From: an uncultured bacterium
Lineage (GTDB): Bacteria > Auribacterota > Erginobacteria > Erginobacterales > Erginobacteraceae
Direction: 5' to 3'
NCBI GenBank assembly: GCA_963822585.1
Contig: CAWGIE010000019.1
Coordinates: 487,949-551,948 of the forward strand
DNA: 64,000 nt
A program made the position numbers and the translations under genes. This document shows positions 19,772 to 28,155 of the stretch, one piece after another (position 1 is the stretch's first letter; each line of letters starts with the position of its first letter). Under the pieces are notes generated by a model. It was not told the origin of the DNA. It saw only the letters and a program-made list of their open reading frames with translations, and made no database searches.

Positions 19772-20058
19772 ACCACGCACCCTCTGTTGGGGCCCCTGAT
19801 CACGGAATCCCCGCCGATCGGCTCCGCCCAGGCAGGCCTGCACCCCGCAAGAGACTCGCTTACCGCTGCTTCCTTCCGGACCTGACGGGGTTTGCGAGCA
19901 TTGCGTGCACAGGACCTGGGTTTCAACGCTCCTCTAAACGGTTCAGCCGGTACCAGGTAACCTCTCGATCGGGAATTCGGCCCTGCTGAAGCGGCTTGCA
20001 GGTCACCCTTCGACAAGCTCAGGGATCGGGGCACCGCTGGCTCCCCGCTTAGCGTGGT
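19772..20058 (-). ncRNA. ffs: Large (Alu-containing) bacterial SRP RNA
   Basis: Domain IV GTCAGGTCCGGAAGGAAGCAGC; Alu 5' end GCTAAGCGGGGAG..GCGGTGCCC..ACCTGCAA.CCGC..AGCAGGG; paired termini; upstream of dnaX. Confidence 0.95.
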
Positions 20059-20086
20059 ATTTTATTTCTTCGAAATAAAATAGCGT

Positions 20087-20758
20087 TTAATTTTTATCTG
20101 CGATAAAAATTGAATTGCATTTATACAACGCTTTTTCTTCTTTTATTACATCTTTGATTTTCTTTGCTTTTCCCTTTCCGATTCCCTTTATCTTCATTAA
20201 TTCTTGTTCTGAAGCATTAAATATTTTTTCCAGTGAACCGAATTTATCCAGTAAACCATTAGCCAGATGAGGACCAATGGTGGGCATTGATTCAAGTATT
20301 TTTTTCTTTTGTATCGGGTGGTACCGGGATTTCTTCTTTAAATAAATTTTTCGAGACTTTAAATCCGAACGCTTGATGATTTGCTTCCGGATCCTGTTAA
20401 GAATCTCGGCCGTCTCAGCCGGACATTCAGAATATAGAACCGGAAGTTGCCATGAAACAGCAATGGCGATTAATGCTCCATCGATTGCTTGGTAAGATGC
20501 TCCCCGAATTAGTTTCAACGGCAATCCTTCAATAATAAGTAATTGCTGTCGCCCTTGTTTTTTAAGTTCTTTGATTTGTTTGAATAATCGCCCCGTTTTT
20601 AGTGATACGATGAAATCTGGAGACGTTTTTCTCTCAATATATGTTCCACTAACGATGTAATCACCAACCTGCAGTGACTTTACTTCATATTCATAACCCT
20701 TTTTCTTTAGAGATTCAATTACTCCAGAGCAACGTTCCCGGTAATCCACCCAGATCAT
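20087..20758 (-). CDS. ERCC4/XPF-type nuclease with C-terminal (HhH)2
   Basis: VDYRE, GDY, IERKTSPDF, LLIIEG, PTIG and KGIG HhH motifs; start at the ATG after a GGAGG hairpin. Confidence 0.88.
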   Translation of the reverse strand: MIWVDYRERCSGVIESLKKKGYEYEVKSLQVGDYIVSGTYIERKTSPDFIVSLKTGRLFKQIKELKKQGRQQLLIIEGLPLKLIRGASYQAIDGALIAIAVSWQLPVLYSECPAETAEILNRIRKQIIKRSDLKSRKIYLKKKSRYHPIQKKKILESMPTIGPHLANGLLDKFGSLEKIFNASEQELMKIKGIGKGKAKKIKDVIKEEKALYKCNSIFIADKN

Positions 20759-20821
20759 ATTTTTATTTTCCTCCGGAAAATAAAAATGTTTAACTTGTTT
20801 TGTTTCGAAGAAACAAAACAA

Positions 20822-20909
<88 letters not shown>

Positions 20910-20986
20910 AGTTACATTTTTCTCCGAAAAATGTAAGTTAAAATATTTCTTAATATATTCAATGTTTTTGAGCCTGATTAACTATA

Positions 20987-21244
20987 TTACATATCTGTTT
21001 GTGTGTCAGTTTCTTTTTGAGATAGGTATAATTCTATAACTTCCCGGGCTTTCGTATGATCACTTTCCAGAATCATCAAATCGCCCCAGTATCCGCGGGC
21101 CGCTTTCATGATTCCGTCCATCCAGGGTATCTGCTCTGATTTCAATTCGGATATAATCCCCTCTTCCTTTAAAACCTTTTGCAGAAGAATACCCTGAGCC
21201 TCATCTTCCAGCTTCCAGATGCTAATGATTCGATCATTGTTCAT
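20987..21244 (-). CDS. DUF2007-like putative signal-transducing protein
   Basis: EAQGILLQKVLKEEGI...LMILESDHTKAREVI pattern. Confidence 0.65.
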   Translation of the reverse strand: MNNDRIISIWKLEDEAQGILLQKVLKEEGIISELKSEQIPWMDGIMKAARGYWGDLMILESDHTKAREVIELYLSQKETDTQTDM

Positions 21245-21332
21245 GCTGTTAAATGAATGAGTCTTCTCTATTCAACTCTGCACGTAAACTTAATGTTCAA
21301 GGCTATTATTTTTGCGCAGCAAAAATAATATA

Positions 21333-21616
<284 letters not shown>

Positions 21617-21862
21617 TCACTCACCTAACAAATTATCCAAGAATTTCCTTCCTTGGCCAGTTTTCAAAAATATTTCCCTCTTTCTCGCCAGTGAATAATT
21701 TGGAAATACTTCCTGGTAGACTAATTTCCAGGATATTCCTCCTTTCGTAAATCTCTGCTTTCCTTTGTTATGTTCTGTTATGCGCTTTTGAATATCATGA
21801 CATGACCCGACATACCGTTTTTTAAGACGATTACTCCATATAACATAAGCATACGCTGTCAT
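21617..21862 (-). CDS. Small stand-alone GIY-YIG nuclease (SLX1-like subgroup)
   Basis: YAYVIWS...YVGSC...RITEHN...FTK...WKLVY...KREIFLKTGQGR. Confidence 0.9.
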   Translation of the reverse strand: MTAYAYVIWSNRLKKRYVGSCHDIQKRITEHNKGKQRFTKGGISWKLVYQEVFPNYSLARKREIFLKTGQGRKFLDNLLGE

Positions 21863-21876
21863 AACCTATTAAATGA

Positions 21877-21986
21877 GGTGGGATTCTCAGCCGGAGGCTG
21901 ATGCGCCTCCGGCGCAGAACCCACGGTACCTTTCGGTACACACGATTTCGAGTCGTGCGCATTCAACCGGACTCTGCCACCTCTCC
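21877..21986 (-). pseudogene. Disrupted tRNA-Ser(CGA) copy
   Basis: Identical to the intact tRNA up to the T-loop, with a 30-bp insert at 21887-21916 and the 3' acceptor strand missing. Confidence 0.9.
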
Positions 21987-22070
21987 TTTATCATTTTTCC
22001 TGTGGAAAAATGATAATTTAAAACCAGGATCAACGTTAAAAGATCAGAAAAACCGAAAATTATGGTCTAA

Positions 22071-22553
22071 TTAAATTCTCCTAGCTCTAACCTTCGTAAA
22101 AAAATTCTGAAGCAGTGCGCGGCACTCTTCTGCCCGAACACCTCCGACACAGATGACATCACTTCCCAGGGCTTGATTATTGAGTATATCAATCGCCGAG
22201 CCGGCGGCGCCATCACGGGGAGCAGGGACCCCGTAAACAACCCGTCCGATCCGACTTTGAAGTATCGCCCCGGCGCACATGGGGCACGGCTCCTTCGTTA
22301 CATAAAGCGTGGCCTGATTCAGCCGCCAGTCCCCTATGGATTCTTCAGCCTGGGTTATGGCGATCATCTCGGCATGGGCGGTGGCGTCTTTTAAAAGTTC
22401 TATCTGATTATGCGCTCTTCCAATTATCTTATTATCATGTACGATAATACATCCAACCGGAATATCATCGCTCTCCACCGCTTTTTCTGCCTCCTTTATG
22501 GCCTGTCCCATATATTTATCGTATTTTATACTATTGTTAACTATCGTATTCAT
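22071..22553 (-). CDS. tadA: tRNA adenosine(34) deaminase
   Basis: IPVGC, AHAEMIA, WRL, EPCPMCAGA, LQNFF. Confidence 0.93.
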   Translation of the reverse strand: MNTIVNNSIKYDKYMGQAIKEAEKAVESDDIPVGCIIVHDNKIIGRAHNQIELLKDATAHAEMIAITQAEESIGDWRLNQATLYVTKEPCPMCAGAILQSRIGRVVYGVPAPRDGAAGSAIDILNNQALGSDVICVGGVRAEECRALLQNFFTKVRARRI

Positions 22554-22644
22554 AATATAAAAAAGGTCCTCGCCGGAAGGGTACATAACCGGTCGAGAAC
22601 CCTCATTCTTGATACTGAATCTACTTTTCGCTGCCTCTCTCCCA

Positions 22645-22718
22645 CGTGCCTGGAGGGACTCGAACCCCCAATCCCCTGGTCCGTAGCCAGGTGCGATATC
22701 CAATTTCGCCACAGGCAC
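22645..22718 (-). tRNA. trnR: tRNA-Arg(ACG)
   Basis: CCTGG-CTACGGA-CCAGG anticodon arm; cloverleaf. Confidence 0.95.
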
Positions 22719-22804
22719 ATCATTTCCCCCGGAGTTTCTTTGCTTAACCAATAAACACCGGGTGAAAAAGAATATTCAAATATAATAACATACCATGGTT
22801 GGTC

Positions 22805-23143
22805 TTACGGCACAATTGCACGAATGAACAAACCAATCAAACCTGTCAATAATACACCTGAAAGAACAATAACGGAAATCGGCCAGATTTCACGACCTAT
22901 TCTGATGATAAATATTCTTATACCTGCGATGAAAGACACCGTCAATACACAAAATCCCAAGATCAAACCCAAACCGGCAGCTATCGCAGGCAATGATGTC
23001 TCGGGGTATTGACCCTTATAACTAAAATAGCAGAGATAGACGGAAAAAATCGCCAAAACTGCTCCGATAACGGCGATACCGAGCCAGACAATGGTTTTCT
23101 TTTCCGGCCTCATTCGCAACCCCCGCATCTCTGCATCCATCAT
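22805..23143 (-). CDS. Hypothetical membrane protein (3 TM)
   Basis: Three hydrophobic segments; GGAGG upstream. Confidence 0.65.
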   Translation of the reverse strand: MMDAEMRGLRMRPEKKTIVWLGIAVIGAVLAIFSVYLCYFSYKGQYPETSLPAIAAGLGLILGFCVLTVSFIAGIRIFIIRIGREIWPISVIVLSGVLLTGLIGLFIRAIVP

Positions 23144-23280
23144 AAAATTTTCCTCCGGAAAATTTTAGTCTTGAACCGAGAGCAATATCTAATTATTGAC
23201 CACACTTCATCCATTCTTCACCATTCAATATCGACAGAATGTTCAGAACTATTATTTTTGCGCAGCAAAAATAATATAAT

Positions 23281-23400
23281 GGAGAGGGAGGGATTACTCA
23301 CTTTGTTCGCCCTTCGGGCTGTCCCCTGCAGGGAACAGTATCCCTTCCCTCATTTCCCTACGGGAAATGTTTTGCTTCGCAAAATCCGTTTAATCTCACG
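23281..23400 (-). repeat. Duplicated tRNA-Ser(GCT) 3' end followed by palindromic sequence at the T-loop position
   Basis: GGAGAGGGAGGGATT at 23281-23295 equals 23415-23429; then GCCCTTCGGGC, CATTTCCCTACGGGAAATG and TTTTGCTTCGCAAAA hairpins. Confidence 0.75.
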
Positions 23401-23413
23401 AAGCTCGATTAAA

Positions 23414-23505
23414 CGGAGAGGGAGGGATTCGAACCCTCGGTACCGGTTATCACCAGTACAACGGATTAGCAATCCGCCGCATTCAACCAGCTCTGCCACC
23501 TCTCC
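23414..23505 (-). tRNA. trnS: tRNA-Ser(GCT)
   Basis: GCGGA-TTGCTAA-TCCGT anticodon arm; long variable arm. Confidence 0.95.
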
Positions 23506-23607
23506 AATATTATTTTGTGCTTCCCGATTTATCGGGAAGCACAAAATAATAATGTAACAAATGCTTCATACATTTACAAGAGGGAGCCCACAAGATAATT
23601 GCCGTTG

Positions 23608-24120
23608 TCAGGATAGATAATCCCTGTACAACGCGATGGCTTCCTCTTCTAAAATCCCGCCTATAATATCGATTCTGTTTCGGCTCCGGCTGAAAACTTT
23701 GGCAGAAGGCATACTGATGCCCCGATCATCCTCCTGAGAAAAAACATCGCTTGTACTTCCCTCCAGCAAACTAAATAGCTGTTCAACGGATATGCCATAG
23801 ACCATCCGGCCCAGCTTTGACCAGATCATGCAGCCGGCGCACATGACACAGGGTTCGCAAGAGGTATACATGGTGTATCCCGAAAGGTCTGTCACGCCCG
23901 ACTCGTGGCAGAAGTCCCGGATAAGCCCGGTCTCGGCATGGTAAGTAGGGTCATTCTCCGAGTTTATCTTATTCCGGCCGGTGGCGACTACTTCACCATC
24001 TTTAACCAGGACAGCGCCGAAGGGTTCATTGCCTTCCCGCACCGCTCGGCGGGCCTGCTCAAACGCCATGCGCATGAATTTCTCATCGAGAGAAATCTGC
24101 TCTTTAGACATCATTTTCAT
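23608..24120 (-). CDS. CDA-superfamily nucleoside/base deaminase (guanine deaminase-like)
   Basis: EPFGAVLV, DPTYHAE, SCEPCVMC. Confidence 0.85.
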   Translation of the reverse strand: MKMMSKEQISLDEKFMRMAFEQARRAVREGNEPFGAVLVKDGEVVATGRNKINSENDPTYHAETGLIRDFCHESGVTDLSGYTMYTSCEPCVMCAGCMIWSKLGRMVYGISVEQLFSLLEGSTSDVFSQEDDRGISMPSAKVFSRSRNRIDIIGGILEEEAIALYRDYLS

Positions 24121-24130
24121 TTAACTTAAC

Positions 24131-24294
24131 TGGTTCTCTTCCATTTTGTGTGGGTAAATTATGGTTCTTATGGAGTGCAGCGACCATGTCGCTGCATGCA
24201 TTGACACGGTCAATGCACTCCAAAATAGTTCCAGAATGTGATTAGCCGCACCTTTTGAATATAATAACCGCCCACACAAAATGGAAGAGAACCA
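24131..24294. mobile_element. MITE-like element with 24-bp terminal inverted repeats and an internal REPIN
   Basis: TGGTTCTCTTCCATTTTGTGTGGG and its perfect reverse complement at 24271-24294; internal TGGAGTGCA...TGCACTCCA at 24171-24222. Confidence 0.55.
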
Positions 24295-24354
24295 CTTGAC
24301 TATTATTATTCGGCAGAATGTTCAGAACTATTTTTTGCGGCGCAAAAAATATTA

Positions 24355-24441
24355 CGGAGGGGGTGGGATTTGAACCCACGGTACCCGAAAAGGTACACTG
24401 GTTTTCAAGACCAGCGCTTTCAGCCGCTCAGCCACCCCTCC
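24355..24441 (-). tRNA. trnS: tRNA-Ser(TGA)
   Basis: CTGGT-CTTGAAA-ACCAG anticodon arm; long variable arm. Confidence 0.95.
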
Positions 24442-24543
24442 TCGAACAACATACGGTTTTTCCCGATAATCGTTGTTATCGGGATCTAAGGGCTTCATCG
24501 GTTTAAGCTCCCTTCGGTCGCTTAAGCCCGTGAGGCCCTAAGA

Positions 24544-24579
24544 CAAGACCAGCGCTTTCAGCCGCTCAGCCACCCCTCC
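24544..24579 (-). pseudogene. Duplicated 5' half of tRNA-Ser(TGA), ending inside the anticodon
   Basis: 36 bp identical to 24406-24441. Confidence 0.85.
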
Positions 24580-24666
24580 AAAAAATTTCTCCAAAATTAT
24601 TTGGACCTCGAACACCCGAAGGGATGAGAGATCTTTCTTAACTCTGCATTGAGGCAAGCTTCTTTG

Positions 24667-25950
24667 TCATCCCAATTTTTTCAGTCCCCTCATGTATGGA
24701 TGGAGCACTTCCGGGATAATCACGCTCCCGTCAGCCTCCTGATAGTTCTCGAGAAGCGCCACAATAAGCCTCGGGAGGGCCAGGCCGGATCCGTTCAGCG
24801 TATGCACGAAATTAATCTTCCCCTCCTTATCTCGATAACGGATATTGGCCCGGCGCGCCTGGAAATCTTCGAAATTAGAGACTGACGAGACCTCCAGCCA
24901 CTCTCCCTGCCCAGGGGCCCAGACTTCTATATCGTAACATTTAGCGGAAGCGAAGCTCAACTCTCCGGTCGGAAGAAGCAGTATCCGGTAGTGAAGATCC
25001 AATCTCCGAAGAATATCTTCCGCGTTCTCCAGAAGCAATTCGTGCTCCCGGTAAGAATCTTCGGGCCGTACCAGTTTAACCAGTTCGACCTTGTCGAACT
25101 GATGGATCCTGAGCAGTCCCCGCGTTTCCTTGCCGTATGAACCCGCCTCTCTCCGGAAGCAGGGTGTATAGCCGACATACTTTACCGGAAGACCGGATTC
25201 TTCCAGTATCTCGTGCCGATGGAGATTGGTGAGCGGGACCTCTCCAGTGGGAATAAGAAAATAGTCATCACGGCGCAGGTGGTACATGTCATCTTCCAGA
25301 AGGGGGAGTTGGCCGGTACCTTCCATGCATTCACGGCTACTGAGGAAGGGTGGTGACATCTCGATATACCCGTTTTCACGGGTATGGATATCCAACATGA
25401 AATTGATCAGGGCACGTTCCAAGAGGGCCCCCACGCCTGTAAAAAGGGCGAAATGAGCTCCAGCGAGCCGGGCGCTCCGCTTAAAATCAATCACGCCCAG
25501 CATCTCTCCCAGGTCCATATGATTTCGGGGGATAAAGTCGAAGTTCTTCTTTTCTCCTGCCTCGCGGACAAGCCGGCAGGCCCGCATGTCGGGACCGATC
25601 GGGACGTCTTCCTGGGGAAGATTGGGAACACGGGCCAGGAGCCGGTCCAACTCTTCGGTGAGTTTGCGGATCATTCCATCGAAGAGTCGAACCTTCTCCG
25701 AAACCATCTTCATCTCTCCCACCGCGCCTGAGACATCCTCCCCGGCTTGCTTCAGGCGGCCGATCTCCCGGGAAGAGAAATTACGCTTTTGCTTCAGCTC
25801 CTCAACTTCCTGGAGCAGGCTTCTTTTCTCCCGGTCCAGGGCGACGATCCGGTCAACATCCAGCTCCATCAGTCGCTGGAGGAGGACTTTCTTGATCAGC
25901 CCCGGGTTTTCCCTGATGATTTTGATGTCCAGCATAAAAGTATTCTCCAA
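24667..25950 (-). CDS. serS: Serine-tRNA ligase
   Basis: MLDIKIIR, LIPTGEVP, FRREAGSYG, HQFDKVE, HTLNGSGLA. Confidence 0.98.
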   Translation of the reverse strand: MENTFMLDIKIIRENPGLIKKVLLQRLMELDVDRIVALDREKRSLLQEVEELKQKRNFSSREIGRLKQAGEDVSGAVGEMKMVSEKVRLFDGMIRKLTEELDRLLARVPNLPQEDVPIGPDMRACRLVREAGEKKNFDFIPRNHMDLGEMLGVIDFKRSARLAGAHFALFTGVGALLERALINFMLDIHTRENGYIEMSPPFLSSRECMEGTGQLPLLEDDMYHLRRDDYFLIPTGEVPLTNLHRHEILEESGLPVKYVGYTPCFRREAGSYGKETRGLLRIHQFDKVELVKLVRPEDSYREHELLLENAEDILRRLDLHYRILLLPTGELSFASAKCYDIEVWAPGQGEWLEVSSVSNFEDFQARRANIRYRDKEGKINFVHTLNGSGLALPRLIVALLENYQEADGSVIIPEVLHPYMRGLKKLG

Positions 25951-26027
25951 TAAATTAATATTTTCGGTTCCGTTTAATCCGATATTTATTTTTCACTGCC
26001 GGCAGGCTGACAGAAATCAAGATAAAA

Positions 26028-27494
26028 TCAACCTTTAACCACTCCGATAGGTTTTAATTTCGCCACCTTGCGCGAGATCCCGGCCCGGTGAACGACCTCG
26101 ACCACCGCCGAAACGTCCTTGTAGGCCAGGGAAGCCTCCTCGCCCAGCGTCCGCAGGCTTTTGGCCATTACCGCGATCCCCCGGCTCTTGAGGTCCCGGA
26201 TCAAATCCCGCCCCCGGGTTGCTTGCAGGGCGGCGTGGCGGCTCATCACCCTTCCCGCCCCGTGGCAGGTACTCCCCCAAGTCTCCTTCAACGCCCCCTC
26301 CGTTCCAACAAGAACATAGGAGCAGGTCCCCATGTCCCCGGGGATGATAACCGGCTGTCCGGTTTCCCTGTATTTCTCCGGGAGCTTAAGATGTCCCGCG
26401 GGGAATGCTCGGGTTGCCCCTTTGCGATGTACGCAGACACGGCGTGCCGCCGAGCCGATTCGATGTTCCTCGAACTTGGCGATATTGTGAGCGACATCGT
26501 AGACCAGGTCCATTTTCAGGGCCTCTTCGCCCCGGCGAAAGACCTGCTGGAATACTTCCCTCACCCAGTGCATGATGATCTGACGGTTCGCCCAGGCGTA
26601 GTTCGCGGCACAGGCCATCGCCGTGAAGTACTTTTTCCCTTCTTCCGATTCAACGGGGGCGCAGGCAAGCTGACGGTCGGGAAGGGCAATTCCGTACTTT
26701 CGGACCGCGCGGCCCATAACTTTGAGGTAATCGTCGCATACCTGATGTCCCAGGCCCCGGGACCCGCAATGAATCATGACGGTTACCCGGCCCTTCTCCA
26801 GCCCGAAGGTCCGGGCCGCCACCTCGTCATAAATTTCATCCACGTATTGAACTTCCAGAAAGTGATTGCCCGATCCCAGCGTTCCCAGCTGATCGCTGCC
26901 GCGCTCGAGCGCCCGGGCACTGATTTGTCCCGCGTCCGCGCCGGCCAGGCACCCCTCTTCCTCGGTTGAACGCAAGTCATCGGGCCGCCCGTATCCGTGG
27001 CGGACAGCCCAGCGGCTCCCTTCCTCCAGAAGGGCCGTTGCATCCTTGCCTTTTAGATGCAGCTTGCTCGTCGAACCTACCCCGCTCGGTATCGCCTGGA
27101 AGAGGGCCGGGAGAAGCGTATCGATCTCCCGGCGAGCTTCCTCCTGGTCCATGTCGGTGCGGACCAGACGCACCCCGCAGTTGATGTCATACCCGACCCC
27201 GCCGGGAGAGATAACCCCTCCCCGATCCGGATCGGTTGCCGCCACCCCCCCGATCGGGAAACCGTATCCCCAATGGATATCCGGCATGGCCAGGGAATAA
27301 CCCACGATGCCGGGAAGAGAGGCGACATCAGCCACCTGGCTGAAGGCCTGGTCCTTTTCAACCTGGGCCAGCAGCTCCCGATCGGCGTAGATCAGCCCCG
27401 GGACCCTCATCCCCTCCCGGAAGGTGATCGGTATCTCCCACCGCCAGGGATCTATTTGCAGGAATCGGCTTTCTTTGTGCGTATTTGCATTCAC
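26028..27494 (-). CDS. rtcB: RNA 3'-phosphate/5'-OH ligase RtcB (archaeal/eukaryote-like long form)
   Basis: MPDIHWGYGFPIGG, GYDINCG, GSGNHF, HRKGAT, HGAGR. Confidence 0.96.
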   Translation of the reverse strand: MNANTHKESRFLQIDPWRWEIPITFREGMRVPGLIYADRELLAQVEKDQAFSQVADVASLPGIVGYSLAMPDIHWGYGFPIGGVAATDPDRGGVISPGGVGYDINCGVRLVRTDMDQEEARREIDTLLPALFQAIPSGVGSTSKLHLKGKDATALLEEGSRWAVRHGYGRPDDLRSTEEEGCLAGADAGQISARALERGSDQLGTLGSGNHFLEVQYVDEIYDEVAARTFGLEKGRVTVMIHCGSRGLGHQVCDDYLKVMGRAVRKYGIALPDRQLACAPVESEEGKKYFTAMACAANYAWANRQIIMHWVREVFQQVFRRGEEALKMDLVYDVAHNIAKFEEHRIGSAARRVCVHRKGATRAFPAGHLKLPEKYRETGQPVIIPGDMGTCSYVLVGTEGALKETWGSTCHGAGRVMSRHAALQATRGRDLIRDLKSRGIAVMAKSLRTLGEEASLAYKDVSAVVEVVHRAGISRKVAKLKPIGVVKG

Positions 27495-27509
27495 ACTGAA
27501 GATTATGGA

Positions 27510-27534
27510 GCACAGACAGGAATGTCTGTGCTAC
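27510..27534. repeat. Single GTAG-type REP
   Basis: CACAGACAGGAATGTCTGTGCTAC, same as the 14158 units. Confidence 0.85.
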
Positions 27535-27548
27535 CTTCGCCGGACGTT

Positions 27549-27971
27549 TCAGAGATCGAGGATGACATGAGATTCCCACCCAGAGGCTATCTTCCGGACG
27601 GCAAGCTGATAATATGTCGCCGCCTTGACTTCGGTACCCCGGGGAGGGTCACCCGGCGCGAATTTCGCTCCCCGCAGGGTCGCCCGTAATTCCCGATCGG
27701 AGATATGGGTGATCGTGAGGGAGGGGAGGCCGATTTCTTCGGTCTCCAGCAGAAAGATAAGCTCATTCAGCCAGAGGACGAGAAGTTCTTCCCGGTCCGC
27801 CGCGGTAAGGTGAATGTCCCGGAAGACCGGCGCCCCGGTTCCCGCACCAGGCGTCGTATAATCCAACACCCCGCGGGCGGTGTTGATGAAGAGTTCCTTC
27901 AGATCCTGTCCGCGGGCGGTAATCTCCAGATCGGCCGGATGATCGCCGATGCTATACCCGGTACCGGCCAT
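27549..27971 (-). CDS. Archease
   Basis: DHPAD N-terminal motif, EVKAATYY, C-terminal LDL; adjacent to rtcB. Confidence 0.92.
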   Translation of the reverse strand: MAGTGYSIGDHPADLEITARGQDLKELFINTARGVLDYTTPGAGTGAPVFRDIHLTAADREELLVLWLNELIFLLETEEIGLPSLTITHISDRELRATLRGAKFAPGDPPRGTEVKAATYYQLAVRKIASGWESHVILDL

Positions 27972-28095
27972 GCCGAATCCTTTGTTTTCGGCTGAGAAGT
28001 GCGATTGGCTTTGAATAGGGCTGAGATTGAGATTACGGGTCACGGAGACAGGTGCCTGAGTAATCTCCGCAGACACGAATGCCTTCACTAATCTG

Positions 28096-28155
28096 CACAG
28101 ACAGGAATGTCTGTGTTACTCTCCAACCTGCACAGACAGAAATGTCTGTGTTACT
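28096..28155. repeat. Two GTAG/GTAA-type REP units after gyrA
   Basis: CACAGACAG(G/A)AATGTCTGTGTTAC twice. Confidence 0.85.

Noticed and set aside
21887..21916. T-loop insert as a spliceable tRNA intron
   Set aside because: No bulge-helix-bulge or ribozyme core is visible, and every copy carrying it is incomplete.
22554..22751. N-terminal extension of tadA in the ORF track
   Set aside because: It overlaps tRNA-Arg(ACG).
26028..27494. RtcB needed to splice tRNA-Asn
   Set aside because: Group I introns ligate their own exons.
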